A stretch of 64,000 nt of DNA from Candidatus Aminicenantales bacterium (GCA_049515535.1 JBEKTZ010000010.1:1-64000), one strand, 5' to 3'. Counted from the stretch's first letter, positions 27,366-38,001 are shown. The notes: generated from the sequence alone by a model not told the origin. Program-made: numbers and translations.

Positions 27366-28430
27366 ATGATCAAGATCAAACGTCATCGGCCCGGTCGCAT
27401 AGCGATCGTCGCGGCCTCCTTATTCGTTTTTTGGGCCACGGTTCCCCTGCGCGGGCAATTGATCGAAGACGAGCGGAACACGATCGACATCGTCAAGCGG
27501 ACGAAGAACAGCGTCGTGTTCATCACGAACATCCAACTGGTCCGGGACTGGTACTTCAATGAAACGAAGGTCCCCAAGGGCAGCGGTTCGGGATTCATCT
27601 GGGACGATCAGGGCCGCATCGTGACGAATTTTCACGTCATCGCGGACGGCATCGAGTTCAGCGTCACGCTGCCCAACCATGAACAGCGCTCGGCCAAGGT
27701 GGTCGGCAAGGACGAAAAAAAGGACATCGCCGTTCTCCAGATCCAGGGGGACCTGAAGAGCCTTTCCCCGATCACAGTCGGCGTCTCCAAGGACCTCGAG
27801 GTCGGCCAGAAGGTCATCGCCATCGGCAATCCATTCGGTTTCGATCACACCGTCACTGTGGGCATCGTCAGCGCCCTGGGCCGGCAGATCGTCGGCGCGG
27901 GCGACGTCACCATCCGCGACATGATCCAGACCGATGCTTCGATCAACCCCGGCAATTCAGGCGGCCCGCTGCTGAATTCGAGCGGCGAGCTCATCGGCAT
28001 GAACACCATGCTCGTCTCTCCTTCGGGAGCCTCGAGCGGCGTCGGGTTCGCCGTTCCCGTGGACGCGATCAAGAAGATCGTGCCCGAAATCATCCGCTAC
28101 GGCAAGGTCATCCGGCCGGACCTGCCCATGACCTTGCTTTCGGATGCCTACGCCCGGCGATTCAATATCGAGGGCAACGGCGTGGTTATCGTCGAAGTTC
28201 AGACCGGAAGCGAGGCCGCCAGGGCGGGTTTGAACGGGCTCAGCCGGGACCGCCGCAACAATCTGTATCTCGTCGACGTCATCACCGCCGTCGACCTCAT
28301 CAAGGTCAAGTCTTACGACGATCTCTACAATACTCTGGAAAATTATAAGATCGGCGACGTCGTCACGCTGACCGTCAAGCGGGACGGCAATGAACGCAAG
28401 GTCCGCATCACGCTCATCAAGAGCGACTGA
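27366..28430 (+). CDS. HtrA/DegP-like serine protease with one PDZ domain
   Basis: GSGSGFI, TNFHV, DIAVL, IQTDASINPGNSGGPL. Confidence 0.93.
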   Translation: MIKIKRHRPGRIAIVAASLFVFWATVPLRGQLIEDERNTIDIVKRTKNSVVFITNIQLVRDWYFNETKVPKGSGSGFIWDDQGRIVTNFHVIADGIEFSVTLPNHEQRSAKVVGKDEKKDIAVLQIQGDLKSLSPITVGVSKDLEVGQKVIAIGNPFGFDHTVTVGIVSALGRQIVGAGDVTIRDMIQTDASINPGNSGGPLLNSSGELIGMNTMLVSPSGASSGVGFAVPVDAIKKIVPEIIRYGKVIRPDLPMTLLSDAYARRFNIEGNGVVIVEVQTGSEAARAGLNGLSRDRRNNLYLVDVITAVDLIKVKSYDDLYNTLENYKIGDVVTLTVKRDGNERKVRITLIKSD

Positions 28431-28473
28431 ACACAGCGCCTATCAAAATCTCTCACGAAGGAGGAACGCTCAT

Positions 28474-29265
28474 TTGAACGCAAATCCGAGTCCGGGGACG
28501 GCCCTGATCACCGGCGCGTCGAGCGGCCTGGGAGAGTCATTCGCGCGCCGGTTGGCGAAACAAGGGAACAATCTGATCCTCGTCGCCCGCCGGGAAGACC
28601 GATTGCGGGCCCTGGCGGACGCATTGCGGAAGGAGCACCACATTCAGGCGGAGGTCCTGTCCGCCGATCTTTCCGACGACGCCGGAATCAAGCGGGTCGA
28701 GGAATGGATCCGGTCCCGGACCGATCTGACGCTCCTCGTCAACAACGCCGGATTCGGGGCCTGCGGCAGGTTCGACCGCGTCGATATCGAAAAACAGACG
28801 GCCATGATCCACGTCCACATCATCGCCACGGCCCGGCTGATCCGGGTCGCCCTCCCCTCCATGGTCGAGAGGAAAAAGGGCGCGATCATCAACGTCGCCT
28901 CCGTCGCCGCTTTCGCCATAGCGCCGCGCAGCGCCATGTACGGATCGACGAAAGCCTGGGAGGTCGCCTTTTCAAGAGCCCTCGCCCAAGACCTGCGGGG
29001 GACGGGCATCCGCGTCCAGGTCCTTTGCCCCGGCTTCACGGTCACCGAATTTCACGACGCGCCCGATATGAAGGATTTCGAGCGCTCGTCGATTCCGAAG
29101 TTCATGTGGATGTCGGCGGACGACGTTGTCGCCGTCTCGTTGAACGCGTTGAAACGAAAGAAGGTCGTGATCATCCCGGGTTTCGGGAATAAAATTCTCG
29201 CGGCCGCGGCCCGATTGCCCTTTGCCGCGGCTTTTTCCGGCTTTTTCCTCCGAAAGCGCCGATAA
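28474..29265 (+). CDS. Short-chain dehydrogenase/reductase
   Basis: TGASSGLG, NNAGFG, YGSTK; TTG start after AGGAGG. Confidence 0.9.
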   Translation: MNANPSPGTALITGASSGLGESFARRLAKQGNNLILVARREDRLRALADALRKEHHIQAEVLSADLSDDAGIKRVEEWIRSRTDLTLLVNNAGFGACGRFDRVDIEKQTAMIHVHIIATARLIRVALPSMVERKKGAIINVASVAAFAIAPRSAMYGSTKAWEVAFSRALAQDLRGTGIRVQVLCPGFTVTEFHDAPDMKDFERSSIPKFMWMSADDVVAVSLNALKRKKVVIIPGFGNKILAAAARLPFAAAFSGFFLRKRR

Positions 29266-29324
29266 ACGGCAAATTAACCCAAGGGGAGACGCCCTCGCGG
29301 GTCTCTCTTCCATTGACGAATTTC

Positions 29325-29353
29325 TTGACTTCCCCCTGTGGAAATCTTATAGT
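29325..29353 (+). promoter_or_regulatory. Putative sigma70 promoter, leaderless-type
   Basis: TTGACT-17 nt-TATAGT, 6 nt before ATG 29360, no SD. Confidence 0.6.
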
Positions 29354-29359
29354 CCGAAT

Positions 29360-30871
29360 ATGAAAAAATTCCTCACCCTGGCCTTCGTTCTTGCGCTCGC
29401 TTGCGCGGCTTCGGCCCAGACATGGTTCAAGGGAACCCTGGACCAAGCGGCGTCCAAAGCCAAAAGCGATCACAAGCTGGTCCTCGTCGATTTTTACTCC
29501 TACACCTGAGGGAGCTGCAAACTGCTGGGTCAGCAGTTTTACGAAAATCCCAAGTTCAGAGACTTCCTCGAAAAGAATTTCGTCCTCTTCCGGGCCATTG
29601 TCCAAGAGCCGGCCGGCGACGCCGTCTTCAAGAAATTCGGCATTCGCGCCACGCCGACGATCATGCTTCTCGACGGGGACGGCGCCGAAGTCGATTGGGT
29701 CGTCGGCTACGCTCCTCCCCCCGAGAAATTCGAGGACAAGCTCGGGCAGATGGTGGCCGGCAACGAGACGTTCAAGTCCCTGTCCGCCGCTTATGCCAAG
29801 AATCCCAAGGACGTCCCGACCGTCTTCAAGCTGGCGCGGAAATGGAGCGACCGTTACGACGAAGCCAAAGCCGCGGTGAAATATAAAGAGGTTCTCGCCC
29901 TCGATCCCCTGGGCCAAGCCGGCACCTACACCCAGGAATATTCGAAGATCACCGCGTCTTACACCGAGTTTGCCGAATTCTCGATCGCGACGGCCAATCT
30001 GAACGGGCAGAAGCCGGACATGGCTCCGGTCAAGGCCTTCATCGTGAAACACGCGAACAGCAAGCTGGTGAAACAGGCCTATAGTCGGATGAGTTATTAT
30101 TACGGCTATCAGGCGCCCAAAGATGAGGCCGCCAAATTTTTCGAGGAATACGCGGGGAAATATCCGAACGATCCGATGGTCCTGTTTAGCTGGTTGTCCC
30201 GCATCGTCAGGGACAAGGAACCTCTCGACAAGGGCATCCAGCTCGCCGAGAAGATCGAGGAGATGACGGATTTCAACCCCAGCGCGAGCATCAACAATCT
30301 CCTGGCTCAGATCTACAACCTCAAAGGCGATAAAGCCAAGGTCGAAGAGCTCTACGGCAAGAGCTTCATGGAGAACGAGCTCTCCAGCATGGGCTACAGT
30401 CTCGTCGCCTATGCCAATTACTGGCTGGGGCAGAACGCCAACCAGGACAGCGCCGTGGCCATGGCCGAGACGGCCCTGAAACTCGAACCCGAAAACTCCT
30501 ACTTCCTCCAGCAGGCCGCCAACGCCTACATCAAGACGGGCAAAGAGGAGAAGGCCCTGGTCGTCTTCGGCCCGGCCTATGCCAGGAAGAACGCGTCGGA
30601 CGGCACCGCCCTCTACAGCTACGCCGGCTTCTGGTCCAGGCAAGGCAAGAACCTGGACGACGCTCTCGCCGCGGCCAAAAAGGCCGTCGAGATGATGCCT
30701 CAAACTTATTACATGTGGTCCACGCTCGCGGACGTCCATCTGAAAATGAAGAATTATCCCGAGGCTATCAAGGCCGCGGAAAAAGCGGTCGAGGTCGCCG
30801 AAGGGACGGCCAAGGACGCGATGAAGAAAAAAGTCGACCAGATCAAAGCCGCGGAGAAAGAGAAGAAATAG
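29360..30871 (+). CDS. Secreted thioredoxin-fold (UGSC) + TPR selenoprotein 1, 503 aa, Sec at UGA 29507-29509
   Basis: Signal peptide, then KLVLVDFYSYT-UGA-GSCK; frame continues into the ORF at 29663; cis-Pro-like ATPT; TPRs. Confidence 0.85.
29510..29539 (+). promoter_or_regulatory. Putative bacterial SECIS hairpin 1
   Basis: AAACTGCTG-GGT-CAGCAGTTT, a perfect 9-bp stem with a G-starting loop 18 nt after the UGA. Confidence 0.75.
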
Positions 30872-30893
30872 AGAAGAAATAGCCTATATCGCG

Positions 30894-31637
30894 GTGCTTC
30901 TCTCGCGTTCATTTCGCAAAAGGGAAATAAGAGCCTCCCGCCGTGACGGGAGAAGGGAAATTTTGCCGGGCTATTATAGTCAACATCTGGCGGCTGAACG
31001 TCTCAAGGCCTGTTATGATCTGGCTCCGCCAAGAACAAAACAATACCTCGAGGCCGAGATTTCCCATGTTCTCGGCAAAGTCTCGAGCGAACATGTCGTG
31101 CTGGAAATGGGCTGCGGCTATGGAAGGATCATCGACAGACTCAAAGGCGCGGTGAAAGCCGTCGCGGGCATAGACACTTCGTCCGAAAGCTTGCTCATGG
31201 CGAGGGATTTCCTTGGCTCCGCCGCTTCCATCCGGCTGGCCAGAATGAATGCCGTTTGCCTGGGCTTTCATGACCGGGTTTTCGACGTCACGCTCTGCCT
31301 TCAGAATGGCATATCGGCTTTCGCGGTCGACAAGGCGCGACTGTTTCAAGAAGCCATTCGAGCGACAAAACCGGGCGGCCTCGTCCTCTTTTCGAGCTAC
31401 TCCGCCCGATTCTGGCCCCACCGATTGGAATGGTTCGAGGCGCAGTCCGCGCACGGCCTTATCGGTCCGATCGATTATGAGAGGACAAAAGACGGCCAGA
31501 TCGTATGCAAAGACGGTTTCAGCGCCACGACGCTTTCGGCCGGGGACTTTCAGTCGCTGGCGGCTCAGGCCGGGCAAGTGCCGACCATCGTCGAAGTCGA
31601 CGGTTCAAGCCTCTTTTGCGAGATGAGGGTGAAATGA
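30894..31637 (+). CDS. Class I SAM-dependent methyltransferase
   Basis: VLEMGCGYGR, GID, KPGG motifs; true start may be TTG 30963. Confidence 0.85.
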   Translation: MLLSRSFRKREIRASRRDGRREILPGYYSQHLAAERLKACYDLAPPRTKQYLEAEISHVLGKVSSEHVVLEMGCGYGRIIDRLKGAVKAVAGIDTSSESLLMARDFLGSAASIRLARMNAVCLGFHDRVFDVTLCLQNGISAFAVDKARLFQEAIRATKPGGLVLFSSYSARFWPHRLEWFEAQSAHGLIGPIDYERTKDGQIVCKDGFSATTLSAGDFQSLAAQAGQVPTIVEVDGSSLFCEMRVK

Positions 31638-31776
31638 ATCGAGCCCGACGCTCAAATATCAATGGGCAAAAAACTATGACCCTCTTTGACTTCGACGACA
31701 AAAACAAACAGATGGTCATGGTTTTTTCCATTGACAGCGGCGGGGACGAAAGATTATATTTCCCCTAGAGGTGCGC

Positions 31777-33225
31777 ATGAAAAAAATTCTCACCCTGTCT
31801 TTCGTGCTTGCGCTCGCCTCCTTGGCCTCGGCCCAGAACTGGTTCAAGGGAACGCTGGATGAGGCGACGGCCAAGGCCAAGGGCGATCACAAGCTGGTCC
31901 TTCTCGACTTCAACTCCTATACCTGAGGGGGCTGCAAACTGCTCGGTGAGCAGTTCCTCGAAAACCCCAAATTCCAAGATTTCTTAACCAAGAATTTCGT
32001 CCTTTACCAGGCCACCATCCAAGAGCCGGCCGGCGACGCGATCTTCAAGAAGTTCGCCATCCGCGCCACACCGACGGTCATGGTCCTCGATGGGGACGGG
32101 TCCGAGGTCGACTGGGTCGTCGGCTACGACCCTCCGGCCGAGAAATTCCAGGAGAGGATCGGACAAATGACGGCCGGCGTAGACACCTTCAAGTCCCTGT
32201 CCGCCGCCTATGCCAAGAACCCCAAGGACGAGGCGACCATTTTCAAGCTGGCCCAAAAATGGAGTGACCGCTACAACGACGCGAAATCCCAGGAAAAATA
32301 CAAAGAGATCCTGGCGCTCGATCCCGATGGAAAGCTGGGCACGACGGAATTCCAAAAAGAGAAAGTTTCCTATACCGAATATGCCGAATATAATTTGGGC
32401 CTCGGCACCCTGCGCGCTCGGCCGCCCGTTCCCGCGTCGATCCTGGCCTTCATCAAGAAATACCCCGAGAGCTCCATGGTCAAGGAGGCCTTTCGGAACC
32501 TGGCCTCCGCCTATTTCGGCCGCACGGCGCCGAAGGACGAAGCCGTCAAATTCTTCGAGGAATACACGGCCCGCTACGCTCAGGATCCCCTGGTCCTCGG
32601 TGCCTACGTGAGACGCATCATCCAGGACAAGGACAACCTGGATAAAGGCCTCGTGCTCGCGCAGAAAGCCGTCGATCTCGCCCAGGGCGGCGCAAAGATC
32701 CCCATGCTCCAGAGCCTGGCCCAGGTCCATCTCCTCAAGGGAGACAAGGCCAAAGCCGCGGAAACAGCTGAGAAGATCGTGGCGTTGGACGCTGAGGGAA
32801 TAAGCGCCATGATGACGATGGCGCCGGAAGGAGCGCCTTCCGGACCTGTTTTCGCGAATCTCATGAACGCCGCCCGGATCTTCGTCGAAGCCGACAAGCT
32901 TGACCGGGCTCTCGCGGTCTTCGGCCCGGATTTCCTGAAGAAGAACCTGGCCAAAGCCGACGCGGTTTCCAGGTATGCCTCGTTCTGGTCGAGCCAAAAC
33001 AAGAACCTGGAGAGCGCCCTGGAAGCGGCAAAGAAAGCCGTCGAGTTGACACCGGACGCCTTTGCCGTCTGGAACACGCTGAGCCAGGTCCATCTAAAAA
33101 TGAAAAACTACGACGAGGCGATCAAAGCGGCCCAGAAGGCCGTCGACGTCGCTCCCACGGAACAACTGAAGGAAAGGTTCAGAAAGCAGATCGAGCAGAT
33201 CAAGGCGGAGAAGGAAAAAAAGTAA
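31777..33225 (+). CDS. Secreted thioredoxin-fold (UGGC) + TPR selenoprotein 2, 482 aa, Sec at UGA 31924-31926
   Basis: RBS GAGGTG; signal peptide; KLVLLDFNSYT-UGA-GGCK; frame continues into the ORF at 32080; UGA at the same codon 50 as the paralogue. Confidence 0.85.
31927..31955 (+). promoter_or_regulatory. Putative bacterial SECIS hairpin 2
   Basis: AACTGCTC-GGT-GAGCAGTT, an 8-bp stem whose closing pair is swapped (C-G vs G-C) relative to SECIS 1. Confidence 0.75.
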
Positions 33226-33238
33226 GCGATTTTTGATG

Positions 33239-33270
33239 AAGGGGACAATCTGGGGTGTCCCCTTTTTTTT
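33239..33270 (+). terminator. Intrinsic terminator
   Basis: GGGGACA-loop-TGTCCCC followed by T8, between convergent genes. Confidence 0.75.
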
Positions 33271-33312
33271 GCCTTTTTTCCCTTTTTAAAATGGGAAAGA
33301 GGGGGATTTCAT

Positions 33313-34143
33313 TCAGCGCGAAAGCGTGATCGAGCCGTTGGTCGTTCTGAGATTGATCTCCGGCCCGCCGCTCCCGAGCGTGCCTTCCACCGTTTTACGC
33401 GATTGGATGAGGCCCTTGATCGTGATCGGGAAATCCGTCTGGATATGACCGTTGGTCGAATGCGCCTTCAAAACGGCATTCAGATCTCCCGAGATCTTCA
33501 ACGTGATCGAGCCGTTGGTCGTCCTGGCCATGATGCCGGCTTCGAACGCCCGGACATCGATATGAATGCTCCCGTTGGTCGTCCCCGCGTCGATGGGACC
33601 TTTGGCGTTCACGACATGGACATCGCCGTTGGTCGTATGAGCCGTGCATCGGCCGGATGTGGTTTCGAGCTTGATGTCGCCGTTCGTGGTCCCGGCGCTG
33701 GCCTCGCCGTAACGGCCCGTGATCTCGACGTCGCCGTTGGTCGAGCGGACATTCTCCAACCGGACGCCCTCTGGGACCTTGATCTCGTAGTTGACATCGA
33801 CTCGGATATCCCGGAAAAGGGACCAATCATAGATCGTATCCACCGCGACGGCGTCGCCGGAGGCCGTGACCTCGATCTTGACCCGGTCAAGATCCTCTTT
33901 GCGCCGTTTGGCGATTTTCACGGCTTTGATCTCGACCTCGCTCCGCGTCCATGTGGAGACGATGACGATGCCGTTCGTGTTCTTTAGGCTGAAACGCCCG
34001 GCGGCCGAAAGAGGAAGCGTTTTCTCGAATTTTTCCTGATCTTCGCCGGCGGCGAGACCGGCCGCGCCGACCGTCAAGACGGCCGCTCCGGCCATGAGGG
34101 CCAAGAATAAAAGCAACGCGGATAAGGATTTTTTCATTTTCAT
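33313..34143 (-). CDS. Secreted DUF4097 beta-strand-repeat protein
   Basis: Signal peptide; repeated (T/S)TNG(D/S)(I/V) motifs; RBS GGAGG. Confidence 0.85.
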   Translation of the reverse strand: MKMKKSLSALLLFLALMAGAAVLTVGAAGLAAGEDQEKFEKTLPLSAAGRFSLKNTNGIVIVSTWTRSEVEIKAVKIAKRRKEDLDRVKIEVTASGDAVAVDTIYDWSLFRDIRVDVNYEIKVPEGVRLENVRSTNGDVEITGRYGEASAGTTNGDIKLETTSGRCTAHTTNGDVHVVNAKGPIDAGTTNGSIHIDVRAFEAGIMARTTNGSITLKISGDLNAVLKAHSTNGHIQTDFPITIKGLIQSRKTVEGTLGSGGPEINLRTTNGSITLSR

Positions 34144-34215
34144 CTTCTCCTCCATCATTGGCATTCAATCCTAAAGACGATGAGGAGACGGAAAAGGTTG
34201 CCTGGTTCGGGCCGT

Positions 34216-34878
34216 TTAAAGCGTCCAGCTTATGCCCGCGCCAATGCTTCCGCCGAATGAGGCCCGTCCATATTCGATGGTGATCGTGATAAAACCGGCT
34301 TTTTCATCGCAAAAAAAGCCGACGGCCAACGGTCCTCCATAATTCCACAAAATCTCTTTGCTGAGAATGAGGCTCATCGCTTTCAACATGGGAGAATCCT
34401 GGGACGGTTGGTCCTTGAAGATCTCGAGCCTGAACTTGTAGGTCTTCTCCTTGTCGTTGATCTCGACCGGGGCCACAAAAATCGAGTATTCCTTCCCGTT
34501 CAGCTTTATCGTGCAAGAGGTCTTCGGCTGGCTTTGTTTCAGCTCATTCCAATTTTCAGCGGCCATCCTGACCTCACCGGCTTCCTTTTCGGCGGTGAGC
34601 GACGGGAGCCTGAAGAATTTTCTGAGGTTCTCGAGCTGCCGGGCGGCCGTTTTTCCCAGTCCGTCGTCTCCGTTTCGGGCGAACAGAACGATCTCCGGTT
34701 CGCCGCTCTTTCCCGGGACGCTTTCGCCCGCGGCCGGCGTCATGAAAAGACGGGTCTTGAATTGAAGCGAAATTTCGCTTTTCCCCTCGGACGGCGGATT
34801 TTGCCCGATCAATGAACCTGCCCCGAAGGCGAGGCCGGTTAGCCACGCTAAAACCAGGATTTTTTTGCTCGCTCTCAT
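34216..34878 (-). CDS. Hypothetical exported protein
   Basis: 220-aa ORF with signal-like N-terminus and RBS GGAGG. Confidence 0.65.
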   Translation of the reverse strand: MRASKKILVLAWLTGLAFGAGSLIGQNPPSEGKSEISLQFKTRLFMTPAAGESVPGKSGEPEIVLFARNGDDGLGKTAARQLENLRKFFRLPSLTAEKEAGEVRMAAENWNELKQSQPKTSCTIKLNGKEYSIFVAPVEINDKEKTYKFRLEIFKDQPSQDSPMLKAMSLILSKEILWNYGGPLAVGFFCDEKAGFITITIEYGRASFGGSIGAGISWTL

Positions 34879-35001
34879 GTTTGTCCTCCCGCTTGATATA
34901 CAAATGAGAGCGAGAATTATTCCCGGGACCGGAATGAAAGCCTATAAATTCTCGAAGATTTCTTTACGCGTTCGCCTCCGCTAAGCCCCGACTTAAAAGG
35001 C

Positions 35002-35145
35002 AGGGACGAGAAGCGAGGCTCAGGGTTAACCCCGACAAGCCCCGGCATTCATGCCGGGGGCACTCACCCGCGGTGTAAATACGCGGCTGAGTGCGGCGGA
35101 AGCGGATCCCCAGACAAAGCCTGGGGCCCCTGCCGCCGTCAAGGG
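35002..35145 (+). repeat. Modular palindromic repeat, copy E, with extra hairpin CCCCGGCAT-TC-ATGCCGGGG
   Basis: GCACTCACCCGCGGTGTAAATACGCGGCTGAGTGCGGCGGAAGCGGATCCCCAGACAAAGCCTGGGG shared with copies C and D. Confidence 0.85.
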
Positions 35146-35147
35146 GT

Positions 35148-36548
35148 TTACTTCGATTCTTCCTTGATCACTTCGCCGTAGACCGCGACCTGGTCCTTGA
35201 TCTTCTCGTAGTCGCCGACGATAAAGATCGTCATGTCCCCGCCGCGCAGGCGATCGGCGACGATTTTCTGGATTTCGGCCGGCGTGACCTTGAAGACGTT
35301 CCGGATATAGGTGCTCAGATAGTCCTTGCCCAACTCGTTCAGTCTCAGGTAATTCAGGATGCCGATGATTCCGTTCGGCGTCGAGTTTTGCAGGATGAAC
35401 GTTCCTGAAAACAGGTTCTTGATGCCCTTGAGCTCGGCCTCGGCAGGGGCCTCGTTCTTCAGACGGTCGATCTCGAAAAAGATTTCCTTTAGCGCGGCGC
35501 CCGTGACGTTCGTCGCGACGTCGGCCTGTTCGTACCAGCAGGCGTCCTTGTAGCGCCGGATGATGGCGCTGGTGGGCGAATAGGTGTAGCCCTTGTTCTC
35601 ACGGATGTTGCTCGTGATGCGCGAGGCAAAAGCTCCGCCGAGAAGCGTATCCGCCACTTCGAGGGCGATGAAATCCTCGTGGGCCGGCGGGATGACCGGC
35701 AGGCCGAGGAGGATGGTCGACTGCACCGAGCCCGGCCTGTCGAGGACATGGACTTTTCGGGCCGACTTCGGCGCCGGGACATTCGTCACCATCTCATTTC
35801 CCGCTTTCCAGTCTTTCAATGCCTCCCGGATCGCCTGTTCCGCTTTCCGCTCGTCGAAGACGCCCGCGATATAGAGATGGGTCCGCCGGGCGCCGTAGTT
35901 TTCCGCGTAAAATTTCTTGATCGTCGCGATCGTATAGCTCTGGATCCGGCTTTCCGACGGAAACGTCCGGCCGTAGGGATGGTCGCCGTAAAGGACGTGG
36001 AAAAAGCCGTCGCTGGCCAGCGAGGAGGGCTCGGATTTCGCGAGCGCGAGCCGGCGGAGATAGTTCGCCCGGATGCGCCCGAGCTCGGACTCCGGGAATT
36101 TGGGATTCTTCAGCATGTCCGCCAGCAGGCTCAGAAAATCCGGCACGAATTCGGAAAGCACGGTGCCGCTGAGACTGGACGTGTCGCTGCCCGCGCCCGC
36201 CGAAATCTCGCCGCCCATCGAGGCGGACGCCTCGGCGATTTCTTTCGCCGTGCGGGCCACGGTCCCTTCCTTGAGGAAATCAGCCGCCATGTCGGCGATC
36301 CAGACTTGGTCCGGGGCCTCATTGATGCTTCCGGCCCGGATGACAAACCTAATGCTCGCTTTGGGCACGCTCCCGTACCGGATCATGGAAACGCCCAGGC
36401 CATTCTCGAGGGTGAACGTTTTGACTTCAGGGATCTTGAAATCTCTGGGCTTTCCCCCTTCGGGCGGCGCGGCCTTGCGGGGCGAACAAGCGAACAGCGT
36501 CAAGGCCATGACGATCACGGCCCCTCCGGCGATGCGATGGATTTTCAT
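35148..36548 (-). CDS. M16 peptidase, non-catalytic subunit (lipoprotein)
   Basis: LENGL, HPYG, IRENKGYTY; no HxxEH; LFAC lipobox. Confidence 0.88.
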   Translation of the reverse strand: MKIHRIAGGAVIVMALTLFACSPRKAAPPEGGKPRDFKIPEVKTFTLENGLGVSMIRYGSVPKASIRFVIRAGSINEAPDQVWIADMAADFLKEGTVARTAKEIAEASASMGGEISAGAGSDTSSLSGTVLSEFVPDFLSLLADMLKNPKFPESELGRIRANYLRRLALAKSEPSSLASDGFFHVLYGDHPYGRTFPSESRIQSYTIATIKKFYAENYGARRTHLYIAGVFDERKAEQAIREALKDWKAGNEMVTNVPAPKSARKVHVLDRPGSVQSTILLGLPVIPPAHEDFIALEVADTLLGGAFASRITSNIRENKGYTYSPTSAIIRRYKDACWYEQADVATNVTGAALKEIFFEIDRLKNEAPAEAELKGIKNLFSGTFILQNSTPNGIIGILNYLRLNELGKDYLSTYIRNVFKVTPAEIQKIVADRLRGGDMTIFIVGDYEKIKDQVAVYGEVIKEESK

Positions 36549-36559
36549 GGTTGCCTTCC

Positions 36560-37933
36560 TCACTTTCCCGCCGCCTTCGTCTTCAGAATGACGACCGTCC
36601 TGTTCGAAGGCCGCAAATACTCCCGGGCCGTGCTTTGGATCAGCTCGGGCGTGACTTTTTTGAATTCGCCTTCGAGGGAATTCATCGTCTCCGGCTTGTC
36701 GTCGAACAAGGCGTAGCTGGCCAGCAGGTTGACCCGGCCTAAGCCGAAGGACCCGCCCAGCGCGTCATAGAAACCGGACCTGAATTTGATGAGGGCCCTG
36801 TCCAGGACGGCCTTGTCCACCGGCCTGGAGCGGAGCGATTCGATCTCGCCCTCGACCAGGGCGATGATCGCCTCGGGCGTGACGCCCGCATCGTGAATCA
36901 GGGAGGCCGACCAGAGCATGGGACCGTTATAATCGAACATATCGCCGAGATCTGCGTTGACCCCGCCGGAGACGGAATCCGTGATTCCTTTCTCCTGGAC
37001 GAGCTTCTGGTGGAACCGGCTGTCTTCCCCCTGGAGCAGGATCTGGTCGATCAGCCCCATGGCGAAGTAGGCGGGCGTGCCCCGCTCGGGCATATGATAG
37101 CCGAAAGCCAGGGCCGGCTTATTGGCCAGCGGATCGACACGCTCTTTTCGTTTCTCCTGTTCCTGCCGCGGTTCCCTGATGTCCGGAAGCGGAGGGAGCG
37201 CGGAGGCCGGGATCTTCGCGAAATATTTTTTGATCAGGACCAAAGCCCCGGCCGGCTCAAAGTCGCCCGCCACGATCAGGACGGCGTTGTTCGGGGCGTA
37301 ATAAGTCTTGAAGAAATTCCGGACATCGGCCAAATTGGCCGCCTCGATGTCCTTCACGTCGCCGTAGAAATTATGGGCGTTGAACCAATTCACGTTGGCC
37401 GCCTGCGGCAGGTCGAGCCAGGGGAATCCTCCATAGGGCTGGTTCTGGACGTTGACCTTGACCTCGTTGACGACGACGCCTTGCTGGTTCTTCAGGTTCT
37501 CTTCGGTGATGGCCAGGCCCCGCATCCGGTCGGCCTCGGCCCAGAGAACGGTCTCCAGGAAGTGGGCGGGGACGATCTCGTAGTAGTCCGTGAAATCGAA
37601 GCGCGTCGAGCCGTTGAGCGTCCCTCCGTTCCCTTCGATGAGCTTGATGAACTCCATCTTTCCCAGGTTCTCGGAGCCCTGGAACATCATATGCTCGAAA
37701 AGATGGGCGAACCCCGTCCGGTCCCTGGGTTCGATCCGGAACCCGATTTTATAATAGACGGCCACCGTGACGATGGGCGCGGTCTTGTCCACGGACAGGA
37801 CGACTTTCAGGCCGTTGTCGAGCTTGTGGTATTCGACGGGATAATCAAGGGCGGACACCCCGGCCGCGAGAGCCGTCAAGGCCAGGAAAACCGAAAGGAT
37901 CCGGAAAACGACAAATCGGCGGTGAATGGTCAA
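36560..37933 (-). CDS. M16 zinc peptidase, catalytic subunit
   Basis: GFAHLFEHMMF (HxxEH), YYAPNNA; signal peptide. Confidence 0.92.
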   Translation of the reverse strand: MTIHRRFVVFRILSVFLALTALAAGVSALDYPVEYHKLDNGLKVVLSVDKTAPIVTVAVYYKIGFRIEPRDRTGFAHLFEHMMFQGSENLGKMEFIKLIEGNGGTLNGSTRFDFTDYYEIVPAHFLETVLWAEADRMRGLAITEENLKNQQGVVVNEVKVNVQNQPYGGFPWLDLPQAANVNWFNAHNFYGDVKDIEAANLADVRNFFKTYYAPNNAVLIVAGDFEPAGALVLIKKYFAKIPASALPPLPDIREPRQEQEKRKERVDPLANKPALAFGYHMPERGTPAYFAMGLIDQILLQGEDSRFHQKLVQEKGITDSVSGGVNADLGDMFDYNGPMLWSASLIHDAGVTPEAIIALVEGEIESLRSRPVDKAVLDRALIKFRSGFYDALGGSFGLGRVNLLASYALFDDKPETMNSLEGEFKKVTPELIQSTAREYLRPSNRTVVILKTKAAGK

Positions 37934-38001
37934 AGGGACCTCCTTTCTGCCACCTGGATTTTTCTCCCGCCCATTATATAATAGGAATAAAGTTATCTCT
38001 A

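Noticed and set aside
30860..30882. 11-nt tandem duplication GAGAAGAAATA at the stop of selenoprotein 1
   Set aside because: Probably a slippage duplication with no effect on coding
29507..31926. UGA as a genome-wide reassigned codon (Trp or Gly) or as pseudogene stops
   Set aside because: Many genes here end normally in TGA (phzF-like, dmsA, pyrE); the two internal UGAs sit at the same catalytic position with downstream hairpins
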